Source of the DNA: Octopus vulgaris
Lineage: Eukaryota
Direction: 5' to 3'
Assembly: GCA_951406725.2 (NCBI GenBank)
Contig: OX597819.1
Span: forward strand, 67,332,001 to 67,396,000
Length of the DNA stretch: 64,000 nucleotides
Shown: positions 52,019 through 64,000 of the stretch, piece by piece
Layout: each line of letters begins with the position of its first letter
How positions within the stretch are numbered: the stretch's first letter is position 1
Position numbers and translations under genes: made by a program
Notes under the pieces: generated by a model
Told to the model about the DNA's origin: nothing
What the model saw: the letters and a program-made list of their open reading frames with translations, nothing else
The model's database searches: none

Positions 52019-53502
52019 GATTTATATATATAAAACTGAGAATGTGTGTCTGTCTGTCTGTCTGTCTGTGTGTTTCCCTAAAACTTCTTGAGAACTATAC
52101 TACTAATTTCATTCAAATTTTACACATGCCTTACTTAGGGTCCGGGAGTGTCATTGGCAAAAAATAATTTTTAACTTTTCGCCTAGGGCAAGCCCACAGC
52201 AATATCATATTTTCTCCACTACGACTTCCTTAAACTTGAGAACTACATAACCAATTTCATTCAAATGTTACACATGCCTTACTTAGGGTCTATGTAGTTT
52301 CATGGGCAAAAGAAATGTTCAACTTCTTGCCTAGGGCGAGCCCATAGCAATATCATATCTTCTCCACTATTTCAGTATGACGTGTAAAAAGTGAAACAAA
52401 AGCATTTCTCTATTTTATGTCAGATACTTTCACTTTAACAACAAAAATTAGAGATAATAATAACAATTGAATTATAAGTAGTAAGTAATAATTAAAATCA
52501 AACTAAAGTATAATATAATCGTAACATAACAAAAGGAAAAATAGCAATTGGTATAAAATTGCATTAATGACTTGAACTTGAATAAGTGGTTTCACATGAA
52601 TGGGAATAAATTAAAAATGAAATTAGCGTGCAGAAATGGAATAGTCCAGATGGACTATTATACAATAAGGACTATAGCTTCAACTGCGTACTGTATTTTG
52701 ATTCACTGTTTAACTATTGTTATCACGTTTGTTGGTTCCTCGTAAGGGAAACGTTGTTGTGTTGCATTTGGTAAATAATTGTTAACTGTAACCGCCCCCC
52801 TTTGGGAGAAGGAGTTTTGGTTATTGTTTAAAAATTGAATTGCGTCTCTTTTTGGGTAAATTGACAATATTTTCACCGTTTACATGAAAGCATTTTTGTT
52901 AGAATGCCTTCGATAGAAGAAAATCAAAACATGAATTTCGCTGCAGCCGTCGGCGTGCGCAAACTCATTAAAATTAAAATGGAAGCAATACAAACCTATT
53001 TCGGATTGATCACCGACAAAGACGGTGAATCTAGGATAACATCACCAAACGAAATAAAAAATTAAATTAAAGAAAAGCCTATTGTCTATAAAGTATACAA
53101 TGTAGAGAAAAAAAAAGATTTGAACACCTGGAGGAAATCACCATCGAAAATTATCTTGGTGCGACTATGAAAGATATCTAACCAGAGGTGGTAAATTCTC
53201 CACAATAGAAGCAATGTTCGAGTCTACGGAACGTGCAAGGGAGTACTCGACTCCAACCTTGCAAAGTGGAAATATTTTATTTTCACCTTTATATCTGGGA
53301 CGTAGGACGGGCCTACAATTCCAGTCTGTTATACAATTTTAGTATTGTTATCACTAGCGATATCAAGATATAACTTTGTATTTTGCATTTTATGTGTAGA
53401 TGTATATATATATAGATGTACATATAATATGTACACATATATATATACACATATATGCATGCACTAGCACTATGACCCGGCACGACAGGTCAAAAATGCT
53501 AG
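52019..53502 (+). mobile_element. Non-autonomous Helitron, copy 3
   Basis: Same site; 3' hairpin + CTAG|T; 5' TC mutated. Confidence 0.85.
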
Positions 53503-53563
53503 TAAACCTATAAAACAATATCTCTCTAAAGGGCTACCGAATAATTGTCATATATTACATTTA

Positions 53564-53619
<56 letters not shown>

Positions 53620-53626
53620 AAATATA

Positions 53627-54293
53627 TACCAATTAAAGACTGAACACGAAAAGTGGACAGTCAACATGCTAGATATAGACGTCAAATCGCCATACTCCAC
53701 AAAGATTATATTCTCAAATCAAACTCAGCACAAAACCAAAGCAATAAAGAAGTGAAAATATACGAAATAAAATAATTACCCATGTACTGATCAGTTTCGT
53801 TCATTATTATCCGCAAGGATAACTGTAACTTCTTCAGCATGGTGCGTATTGAATGTAAGTTGCTGGACTAGATGCAAAAACGATACCGGAGTGTCGCGTG
53901 CATGGAGTTCAACCGATTACATTCGAATGTATCTTTCAAATGCCTTTACTTTGGCGCGTTGAGACCCGAAAACACCAGCCTGCAGCTAATAATTAGCAGC
54001 AGTCAATTTATCGGTTAGAGAACATATTTATTTTATATAAAATTGATTAAGGGTAGAGATTGATATTTATCAATTAAAACCAGTGGTCTAGCATATTAAA
54101 AAAGAATCCGAAGATTAAAATAATTATATATACCAATTAAGGACTGAACACGAAAAGTGCACAGTCAACATGCTAGATATAGACGTCAAATCGTCATTCT
54201 CCACAAAGATTATGTTCTCAAATCAAACTCAGCACAAAACCAAAGCCAGAAACAAGTGAAAATATACGAAATAAAATAATTACCCATGTACTG
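53627..54293 (-). mobile_element. Non-coding partial-tandem element (504-bp period) with hammerhead; retrozyme/Penelope-pLTR-like
   Basis: Direct repeat 53627-53789 / 54131-54293; inserted in (AT)n; absent from paralogous cassettes. Confidence 0.72.
53780..53842 (-). ncRNA. Type I hammerhead ribozyme with palindromic stem III
   Basis: ccatg-CTGAAGA-agtt...ttatcc-ttgc-ggataa...aac-GAAA-ctgatcag-TA-catgg. Confidence 0.72.
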
Positions 54294-54841
54294 TAAATAT
54301 TTATATGTAAATATATATATATGTGCGTATGTGTGTGTAAATGCAATATGCTAAAATTATATTACTAAGCACTGAACTGCTAAACATAATTTCCTTAATT
54401 TTTCATACTACTATCATCTATCTCTGCCCCTACACTTAGACTCTACTAATACACATTTGTCATTCCTTCTATCTTTTTACAATAGAACACATTTTCTCTC
54501 CCTTTAACCCTTCATCTTCCCACTCCTACTCTCAAATTGTGTCCACTGACAACTGACTGATCTATATCTTCTTTTTTCTTTTCTCTTTTTTTCTTTATTT
54601 CCTACATTCCTCTTTTCTGAGTTTTTTATTTTATTTTTTATTTTGTTAATATTTCATTTCTTTCTCCTTACTTTCTCACCTTCTTCTCTCTTTTTTGTCT
54701 CATTTTTTCTTTCTCATCTTTTTTTTCGCTTTCTGTTTTTTCTTTCTTTCTTCATTCTCCTCTTCCTGTTTTCTTTTTGACCCTACTAATACCTTCCCTA
54801 TTTATGGGTCACTTTAAATAAAAGGCCTTTTACTCTGCAAC

Positions 54842-55064
54842 GCTGGCAGAAACGTAAGCGCCCCGGGCGAAATGCTTAGCGGTATTCCGTCTGTCGTTAC
54901 GTTCTGAGTTCAAATTCCACCGAGGTCGACTTTGCCTTTCATCCTTTCGGGGTCGATAAATAAAGTACCAGTTTCGCACTGGAGTCGATGTAATCGACTT
55001 AATCCCTTTGTCTGTCCTTGTTTGTCCCCTCTATGTTTAGCGCCTTGTGGGTAGTAAAGAAATA
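54842..55064 (+). mobile_element. tRNA-derived SINE (slightly 5'-truncated)
   Basis: Near-identical to 22112-22345; empty site ggcaacgct|atatataaattc at ~48022. Confidence 0.88.
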
Positions 55065-56546
55065 TATATATAAATTCTCTACTTGGAATGACCAAGTTTA
55101 AAAACTGCTGGATCTCACTCAAAAGAGAATATTACATTGTGTATTTCAGCCCCAACTTTCCACTGAAGTCCTCCAGTGACGGGGCAATGGTGAACGTGGC
55201 AGGTGGAATTAGCCATCGGAAGTCATAGTCACATTCCTGATGTAGGCGGCTTGGGACTTTGGTTGTTATTCTTCGAACTCGGTGTAGCGGAGGATTTAGA
55301 CAACGTCCCAGACTACTGAGTAGAATTTTAGCAATGCACTGCTTGACCCAGTAAGGGAGTGGCATAGAAAAGGTGGCCTAAAAAAAGCCTGTCCTACGCT
55401 GTCTGGCCAGTATACCACGGCTTTCAGACTTACACGACTGCGATCGGGTCAAACTGAAAATGAAGGAACTCATCACCGTAACGTTAGCGATGAATTCCAT
55501 GCTGTGCTACCCCAATTTTCCCCAGTAATATTTGCATCGATCATGTACATTACATCGTGACAATGGAGTCGTTTCTCAAGCCCTGCATTGAGAGAGTTAC
55601 CCTTTGAGAAGCCGTACGTATTTTATTATGAATCTGGTCATTCTCACTCACTCTACATAAATCTGAAGTGGACGGGCGATAGTTTTCATCATCAAGTTAC
55701 CGCTAACATATCTCCTATTTAAACGACTTTGACTAATATGGCAGGGGCATCGTTGAGCGGCATTCCATAAACCATGCTCAGGAAAGTAGGAGTCATTCAT
55801 ATCTACGAGGTTTTAAATTATGTGTTATAAGATCGAACGAAAAAATATAAGTTATAAGATCGAAGGGCACCTGATCAATGCAGTTAGTCGTTTCACAAGT
55901 CGTATGAGACAGTAATAATATTTGAACGTCGTTTCATTTAATAGCCGTGTAACATATGCATTAAACAAATAACATATTTTGTTAAAACTTGTAGATTCAT
56001 AAAATAAGACCGCACCCGAACAATTTCAGTTATTTAACAGTGACCAAACCTTTAGCAGGAAGTATTGTAAAATGAAAGACATATTGATTCATACTTTCTA
56101 TCGTTGTACATCCTGTTAAAAACGTTTAAACATCAACATCAATCAGCCAGTAAAATCATCTTTACAATTTCATTATCATAGTAGTGATCTTTGTTCCAAT
56201 AGACTTCACCATCACCTTTGTCATCATCATCATCATTAATAACTTCATTGTGATTGTCTTCGATAGCCACATCATCAATAAAAACGAAGCTGGATTCATG
56301 ATAACGATGTCTCTACACATGTATTCACATGCATATAAATATACACATGCCGATCTATCTACTTGCCTACATATTTTATCTATTTATTTATCTGATATCG
56401 CACGACACGAATTAGATGTGTCACACTGTTATTAAACAGCAACACGTGAAACCATATCTGGTCTTTCAAAATTTAATAGAAATTGGATTCATTTAGTTAT
56501 TTTTGTGGTCCACAATTTCTGACCGAATGATCAATTAGAAGAAAAT

Positions 56547-57479
56547 ATGAACAAAACAGAAATGATGGGCGTATTGACAAACGGTAGCCAGATAGAAAAT
56601 AATAAAAATGTTTATTTAGCTAGAACTATACCGTATGTTTCAATAATATTATTGATATTTGGATCTGTCGGAAATTTAGCAATTTTCGTAATATTTTTCA
56701 AGAAACAAATGCGTCAGACAAAAGTTGTTCCATATCTTCATTGTTTAGCTCTTGTAGATTTCATTGCAGTTTTGACATATTTACCAAAACCAATATGGTT
56801 TTCAACTACTTCCCAACCTAAGACGGCACTTTCAGATATTTTTGACAGTGGAATATACAAGGCGTTCATTTCTTTTATATTTATGTATTCTTCCTGGATA
56901 ACCGTTATCATATCTCTGGAACGTCTGGTAGCAACATTTTGCCCGTTTTCACAATTTCATTCTCCACAACGTTATAAACCTTACCTAGTACTGCTTCTGC
57001 TTCTTGTATGTGCTGCTGTTACGTATACAACGCTTGCAGTATTTTTAAACAATATGACGCACTTTTTGTGTGCTTTACAACTCATGTATTCATTCGTACC
57101 AGGGATGATTTTGATAATAAGTTCCATCCTTTTGCTGTATAAAATACTGCATCGACCAGATCTCGGTCGACATTTGCAACGAAACATTTCAGAGAAGTCA
57201 AAAAGTACTATTTATTCAGTGATTGCAATAAACGCACTCTTTCTCCTTACCACATTTCCTTCATCTATAATCTACCTGAAAATATTCCTACTCGATAAAA
57301 AAGATATTGCCATCTTCATGTTTGTTAATGTACTGGCTTGTATCAATAACGCTTTCAACTTCATGTTGTATGTTGTGGTAAGCAAATCATTTCGCGACAA
57401 CCTGAAACAAATATGTTGTAATGAGTCTGCAGTAAACAGACGTACGGTGTATTCGCTCCAGGTTACAACGAGGCACTAA
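56547..57479 (+). CDS. Intronless class A GPCR, type A, 310 aa (intact)
   Basis: Same motif set. Confidence 0.93.
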   Translation: MNKTEMMGVLTNGSQIENNKNVYLARTIPYVSIILLIFGSVGNLAIFVIFFKKQMRQTKVVPYLHCLALVDFIAVLTYLPKPIWFSTTSQPKTALSDIFDSGIYKAFISFIFMYSSWITVIISLERLVATFCPFSQFHSPQRYKPYLVLLLLLVCAAVTYTTLAVFLNNMTHFLCALQLMYSFVPGMILIISSILLLYKILHRPDLGRHLQRNISEKSKSTIYSVIAINALFLLTTFPSSIIYLKIFLLDKKDIAIFMFVNVLACINNAFNFMLYVVVSKSFRDNLKQICCNESAVNRRTVYSLQVTTRH

Positions 57480-58735
57480 GAATTTCGATGTTTCAATACT
57501 TTTTCAATTCCGTAAGTATCTACTTATATATTTATAATTGTCGTACTAATAATTTATGTATCATCAATCTTCAGTCCGTTTATGTAAGCATACATATATT
57601 CATCTATATGTGCATACAAATATATATAACTATATCTATGATTGTATATAAGTATTTTAATATACATTACACAATATGGCGATGTTCTACGTTTATAAAT
57701 TTCTAGTTAATATTCCCGGTTCAAAATTATATTTACATATTCCTTAAGAAAGTTAAACCATTTCTAATAGATTATTGTCCCACTTATTGCATAGTGTACA
57801 TTATAAATGTAAACGTATTCTAATGTGTTTGGTTTATTTTATATTGTGGTGGGCTTTCGTTTCTCAATTATTACTATGATTATAATTATACACAGTGCGA
57901 TGTTTCTCTAAATTGTTTAAATGTATATCTTTCAAAAATCACATGGTTTACTTGTGTAGATCCGCAGAATATGCTCTAAGGAATTGATAAATAAAGTTTC
58001 TGGATGTGAAAAATCTTTGTTCTCCTTATCATTATCAATAATATTAAGTAATCTACGGAAAACATGCACGCACAGAATTACCCAACGAGAGAAGTTACTA
58101 GTGTCTAACAACTCATTAGCTCGTGTACTACATAAGGGGTCTTTTCGTTAGCCAGCATCTGAAACCGATTTCAGAGAAATTCGGTTCCTACCAGGGTAAT
58201 ATATCCCATTATCCTCATTATATATATAAATATTGATAGAATTATTAAGACGATGAGACATCGACAATTGTAAATAGAGGAATTTATCTGTAAATTTGAT
58301 ATGTGACAATTATTCGGTAGCCATGATAAACTCTGAGTTTCGGATGTCAGGGTGGAAATTCACACAGCCCTCCATTCAGTTATCCGGCCATTAGAAAAAA
58401 TTCTATGAAAACGACCGTTAAACAATGGGAAATTATTGTGTGAATGATCGTTATTAAGACAAAAGAACTATTTGAATGATCCTAAATGAGGGAAGGGATT
58501 AAAAGCAGGCTGTAAAATTGTACATAGTATTCGTGTAAGCGCGCATCTCTATACCTACACATGCGCGCCCGTACACCCACGTACATGCGCCTATACGTAT
58601 ACACTCATCCATCATCACTTGAAACATACACATTCTCACCCACACCGTTCCCCCAAAACCATATATATATATATACAATCCAAGGCACACAAACACAAGA
58701 AAAAACAGGGTTAGGGGCAACAATACAGAAAAATA

Positions 58736-59775
58736 GGATCTTTATTTTTTGAAGGCCAGATTTTCCTAGTTAACTAAAAAATTTGAAACTTCGTATCCTG
58801 GTTGAATGTGTCAAAAGAAAACATTATTGTAAACAATATTGAAAACAAAATTGTTATTCGTAACTTAAACGTAGTTTAATTTTTACGAATTTTTAACCAA
58901 TGAAATCCCAACATCTTCGAATTTTAACCAATGAAATCCCAGCATTGCTGCGTTATCGATATTGATAAAGAAATATAGCAGACGCACCACACACACACAC
59001 ACACACATTTGCCCAAGCACATAGTAATTAATATATAAGCGTACACACACATACAAACGGACATATACACACACACACACACATAGTAATTAATATATAA
59101 GCGTACACACACATACAAACGGACAATGACACACACACACACACATAGTAATTAATATATAAGCGTACACACACATACAAACGGACATATACATATACGC
59201 ACACAAGCAAAAATACACGTTTTGCCACTTGCCGCAACAAATTTTTATATCACAGCTTCCGACAAGCTGTAAAATTGTACATAGTATTCGTGTAAGCGCG
59301 CATCTCTATACCTACACCTGCGCGCCCGTATTATGAAAAAATATTTCGCAAATTTTTACAATACGACTCACACTCCACGCGCAAACTCGAGACCGATTTA
59401 AGCATATTATTGTTTTGTTTTTGTTGTTTCCGACCCTTCAAAACCATGGGAGAAGCCTTTTCGGTAAAAAAAATAAAGAAAATATTCAAAAAATATCGTT
59501 AATATTTTTATTGGGCGACGGAATTAATCGTTTTAAGAGATATAGCTGTTATTTCTAGCACATGTAGAAGACAGAAGAGGTAAATAATTTGAGCTCGAAT
59601 GCTGCGATTTCATTGCTTAAAATTCTTAAAATTAAACTATGTTTAAGTTACGAATTACAATTTTGTTTTCAATTTTGTTTACAATAATATTTTCTTTTGA
59701 CACATTCTACCAGTATAGGAAGTTTCAAATTGTTTAGTTAACTAGGAAAATCTGGCCTTCAAAAAGAAAAGATCC
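58736..59775. mobile_element. Foldback MITE, same family as 36895-37482
   Basis: ggatcttt...aaagatcc TIRs; TSD gaaaaata / gaaaaatg; internal 3x ~60-bp tandem repeat at 59017-59190. Confidence 0.85.
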
Positions 59776-60185
59776 GAAAAATGTGTAAAGAAGTATGAAA
59801 AAACCATGGGAGTAAAACACGTCTATATACGCACACATCCGTATGCACTCACGCACGCACGTCTATACATGCGCATACCCGCACACGTCTATATAAGCAC
59901 ATACACACACACACACACGCGCGCGCGCACAGAAAGTTCATACACACGTCTATAGACGCATACGTACAAGAAAAAACAAGGCTGAAGGCAAAAGTACAGG
60001 AAAATTTGTAAAAGAAAACAGGGTGTAAGACACGTCTATATACGCACAGGGAAAATTGCAGGGTATATGGTAGAATACAGAAAAAGAATGTGTAAAAATT
60101 ATGAACAATAAACCTATAAAACATTATCTCTATAAATGGATACCGAAAAATTGTCATATATTACGTTTACAGATATATATATATA

Positions 60186-60229
<44 letters not shown>

Positions 60230-62348
60230 TATATGTGTGTGAGTGTGCGTGTATGTGTGTATGTATGTATGTATGTGTGTGTGTGTGTGTAAATGCAATA
60301 TGTGAAAATTATATTACTAAGCACTGAACTGCTAAACATAAATTCCTTAAGTTTTCATACTACTATCCCCTATCTCTGCCTCTTCACTTAGACTCTACAA
60401 CTACACTTTTGACATTCCTTCTTTCTGTTTACGCTAGAACACCTTTCTCTCTTTACCCCTTCCTCTTCCCACTCTTACTCTTAAATTGTATCCACTGACC
60501 TCTGACTGATCTATATCTTCATTTTTCTTTTCTCTTTTTTTTTCTTTATTCCCTTTATTCCTCTTTTCAGGGTTCTTTGTTTTTATTTTTTATTTTGTTA
60601 TTTTTTTATTAGGTTCATCTTACTTTCTTCTCCTTCTCTCTTTTTCCTCTCTCATTTTTTCTTTCTCTTCTTTTTTTTCGCTTTCTTTTTTTTCGCTTTC
60701 TTCATTCCCCTCTTCCTGTTTTCGATTTGACCCTTCTAATACCATCCCTATTTTTAGGTCACTTTAAATAAAAAGCCTTTGTCTCGGCAACACTATATAT
60801 AAATTCTCTACTTGAAATGACCAAGTTTAAAAACTGCTGGATCTCACTCAGTAGGGAATATTACATTGTGTATTTCAGCCCCAACTTTCCACTGAAGTCC
60901 TCCAGTCACGGGTCAACGGTAAAATTGACAGGTGAAATTAGCCATCGGAAGTCATAGTCACATTCATGATGTAGGCGGCTTGGGACTTTGGCTGTTAATC
61001 TTCGAACTCGGGGTAGCGGAGGATTTAGACAACGTCCCAGACGACTGAGTAGAGTTTTAGCAATGCACTGCTCACCCCAGTAAGGGAGTGGCATAGAAAA
61101 GGTGGACTACAGAATGCCTGTCCTACACCGTCTGGCCAGTTTACTACGGCTTTCAGACTTACAGAATTGCGGTCGGTTCGCAACTGAAAATGAAGGAACT
61201 AATCGTCGTAACGTTAGCGATGAATTCCGTGCAGTGTTACCTCACTTTTCCCCAGTAATATTTTTGCATCGATCATGTACATTACATCGTGACAATGAAG
61301 TCGTTTCTTAAGCCCTGCATTGAGAGAGTTACCCTTTGAGAAGCTGTACGTATATTATTATGAATCTGGTCATTTTCACCCGATCTACATTAATCTTGAG
61401 TGGACGGGCGACAGTTTTCCTCATCAAGTTACCGCAAACATTTCACCTCCAATGTCTCCTATTTAAGCGACTATGACTAATATGGCTCGGGCATCGTTGA
61501 GTGGTATTCCATAAACCATGCTCACAAAATTAGGAGTCATTCATATCTATCATGTTGTAAATTATGTGTTATAAGATCGAAGGAAAAAATATGACTTACA
61601 AGATCGAAGGGCACCTGTTCAATGCAGTTAGTCGTTTCACAAGTCGTATGAGACAGTAATAATATTTGAACGTTTTTTCATTTAATAGCCGTGTAACATA
61701 TACATTAAACAAATAATATATTTTTTTAAAACTTGCAGAATCATAAAATAAGACCACACCCGAACAACTGCATTTACTTAATAGTGTCCAAACATCTGGG
61801 AAGAAGTATTGTAAAATGAAAGCGATATTGATTCACAGTTTCTATCGTTGTACATGCTGTTAAAATGTTAAAACATCAAAATCAAACAGCCAGTAAAATC
61901 ACCTTTACAATTTCATCGTCATCATTGTAGTGATATTGGTCCCGATAGACTTCGCAATCATCATCGTCATAATCATCATTAGATTTCTCATTATCATTGT
62001 TTTCGATGGCCACATCATCAACAACGTAAAGGACACAGTTATCTAAAATACAGTAATTAATACAAAAGCAGTAGAACTCAATAAAAACGAACCTGGGTTC
62101 ATTATAACGATGTCTCTACACATGTATTCACATGCATATAAATATACACATGCCAATCTATCTACTTGCCTATATAATTTATCTACTTATTTATCTGATA
62201 TCGCTCGACACGAATTAGATGTGTCACACTGTTATTAAACAGAACAGGTGAAACCATATCTGGTCTTCTAAAATTTAATAGAAATTAGATTCGTTTAGTT
62301 ATTTTTGTGGTCCACAATTGCTGACCGGTGGATGAATGAGAAGAAATT

Positions 62349-63281
62349 ATGAACAAAACAGAAATGATGGGCGTATTGAACAACAGTAGTCAGACAAAAA
62401 ATGAAAAAGATGTTTATTTACTTAGAACTATACCGTATGTTGCAATAATATTATTGATATTTGGATCTGTCGGAAATTTAGTAATTTTTGCAATATTTTT
62501 CAAGAAACAAATGCGTCAGACAAAAATTGTTCCATATCTTCATTGTTTATCTCTTGTAGATTTCATTACGCTTTCGACATATTTACCAAAACCAATATGG
62601 TTGTCAACTACTTCTCAACCTAAGACGGCACATTCAGATATTTTTAGCAGTGAAATATACAAGGCTTTAATCGCTTCTCTATTTATATATTCTTCCTGGA
62701 TAACCGTTGTCATATCTCTGGAACGTCTGTTGGCAATATTTTGCCCGTTTTCACAATTTCATTCTCCACAACGTTATAAACCTTACATTGTACTGCTTCT
62801 GCTTCTTGTATGTGTTGCCGTTACGTATACAACGCTAGCAGTATTTTTAAATAATGAGACGTACATTTTGTGTGCTGTATACATCATTTATTCATACGTA
62901 CCAGGGATGATTTTGATAATAAGCTCTATCCTTTTGTTGTATAAAATACTGCATCGACCAGACCTCGGTCGACATTTGCAACGGAAAATTTCAGAGAAGT
63001 CAAAAAGTACTATTTATGCAGTGATTGCAATAAACGCACTCTTTCTCCTAACCACATTTCCTTCATCTATACATTACCCGACAATATTCCTACTCGATGA
63101 AAAAGATATTGCCATCTTCTTGTTTTTTGATGTGCTGGCTTGTATCAATAATGCTTTCAACTTCATGTTGTATGTTGTGGTAAGCAAATCATTTCGCGAC
63201 AACCTGAAACAAATATGTTGTAAAGATACTTCAGTAAACAGACGTAAGGTGTATTCGCTCCAGGTTACTACGAGGCACTAA
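62349..63281 (+). CDS. Intronless class A GPCR, type A, 310 aa (intact)
   Basis: Same motif set. Confidence 0.93.
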   Translation: MNKTEMMGVLNNSSQTKNEKDVYLLRTIPYVAIILLIFGSVGNLVIFAIFFKKQMRQTKIVPYLHCLSLVDFITLSTYLPKPIWLSTTSQPKTAHSDIFSSEIYKALIASLFIYSSWITVVISLERLLAIFCPFSQFHSPQRYKPYIVLLLLLVCVAVTYTTLAVFLNNETYILCAVYIIYSYVPGMILIISSILLLYKILHRPDLGRHLQRKISEKSKSTIYAVIAINALFLLTTFPSSIHYPTIFLLDEKDIAIFLFFDVLACINNAFNFMLYVVVSKSFRDNLKQICCKDTSVNRRKVYSLQVTTRH

Positions 63282-64000
63282 GACATTCACTGTTTCAATA
63301 CTTTATCAATTCCGTAAGTATCTACTTATATATTTATAATTGTCGTAATGATAATAATTTATGTATCATCAATCTACATTCCGCTTATGTAGACATACAT
63401 ATATTCATCTACATGTGCATACAAATATATAACTATATCTATGTTTGTATATAAGTATTTTAAAATACATTACACAAAATGGTGATGCTCTATGTTTATA
63501 AATTTCTAGTTAGTATTCCCTGTTCAACATTCTATTTACATATTCCTTAAGAAAGTTAGACCATTTCTAATAGATTATTGTTCCACTTATTGCATAGGGT
63601 ACATTATAAATGTAAAGGTATTCTAATGTGTTTGGTTTATTTTATAGTGTGGTGGGCTTTCGTTTCTCAATTATTACTATGATTATAATTATACACAGTG
63701 CGATGTTTCTCTAAATTGTTTAAATGTATATCTTTCAAAAATCACATGGTTTACCTGTGTAGATCCGCAGAATATACTCTAAGGAATTGATAAATAAAGT
63801 TTCTGGATGTGAAAAATCTTTGTTCTCCTTATCATTATTAATATTATTAAATAATCTACGGAAAACATGCACGCACAGAATTACCCAACGAGAGAAGTTA
63901 CTAGTGTCTAACAACTCATTAGCTCGAGTACTACATAAGGCGGCTTTTCGTTAGCCAGCATCTGAAACCGATTTCCGAGAAATTCGGTTCCTACCAGGGC

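Noticed and set aside
59017-59190. Three ~60-bp repeats resembling a CRISPR-like array
   Set aside because: No unique spacers; a simple tandem repeat inside a MITE in eukaryotic DNA

Overview
AT-rich, microsatellite-laden animal genomic DNA. It is most likely an octopus or other coleoid cephalopod, inferred from the tRNA-derived SINEs and the repeat landscape. The window is dominated by a same-strand tandem cluster of 12 intronless-CDS, ~305-310 aa rhodopsin-class (class A) GPCR genes: 7 with intact ORFs and 5 disrupted. They fall into three sequence types (A 'MNKTE...', B 'METNIT...', and a decayed type C). They resemble FMRFamide/sex-peptide-receptor-like GPCRs (ERL instead of DRY, NFxLY instead of NPxxY) but are unusually compact, with almost no ECL2 and usually no Cys at the top of TM3. 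Variation is concentrated in the predicted ligand-facing segments and is mosaic between paralogs, which fits a rapidly evolving candidate chemoreceptor family. The cluster grew by duplication of ~6-8 kb cassettes that carry presence/absence TE markers. Intergenic DNA holds Helitrons, a mariner, a Tc1, a 5'-truncated CR1/L2-type LINE, GG..CC foldback MITEs with 8-bp TSDs, SINEs and several Penelope-like elements. The Penelope-like elements include at least four recognisable hammerhead ribozymes, all antisense to the GPCRs, one of them in a 504-bp non-coding retrozyme-like unit. A chimeric U6 snRNA-SINE retrocopy is inserted inside one GPCR CDS.
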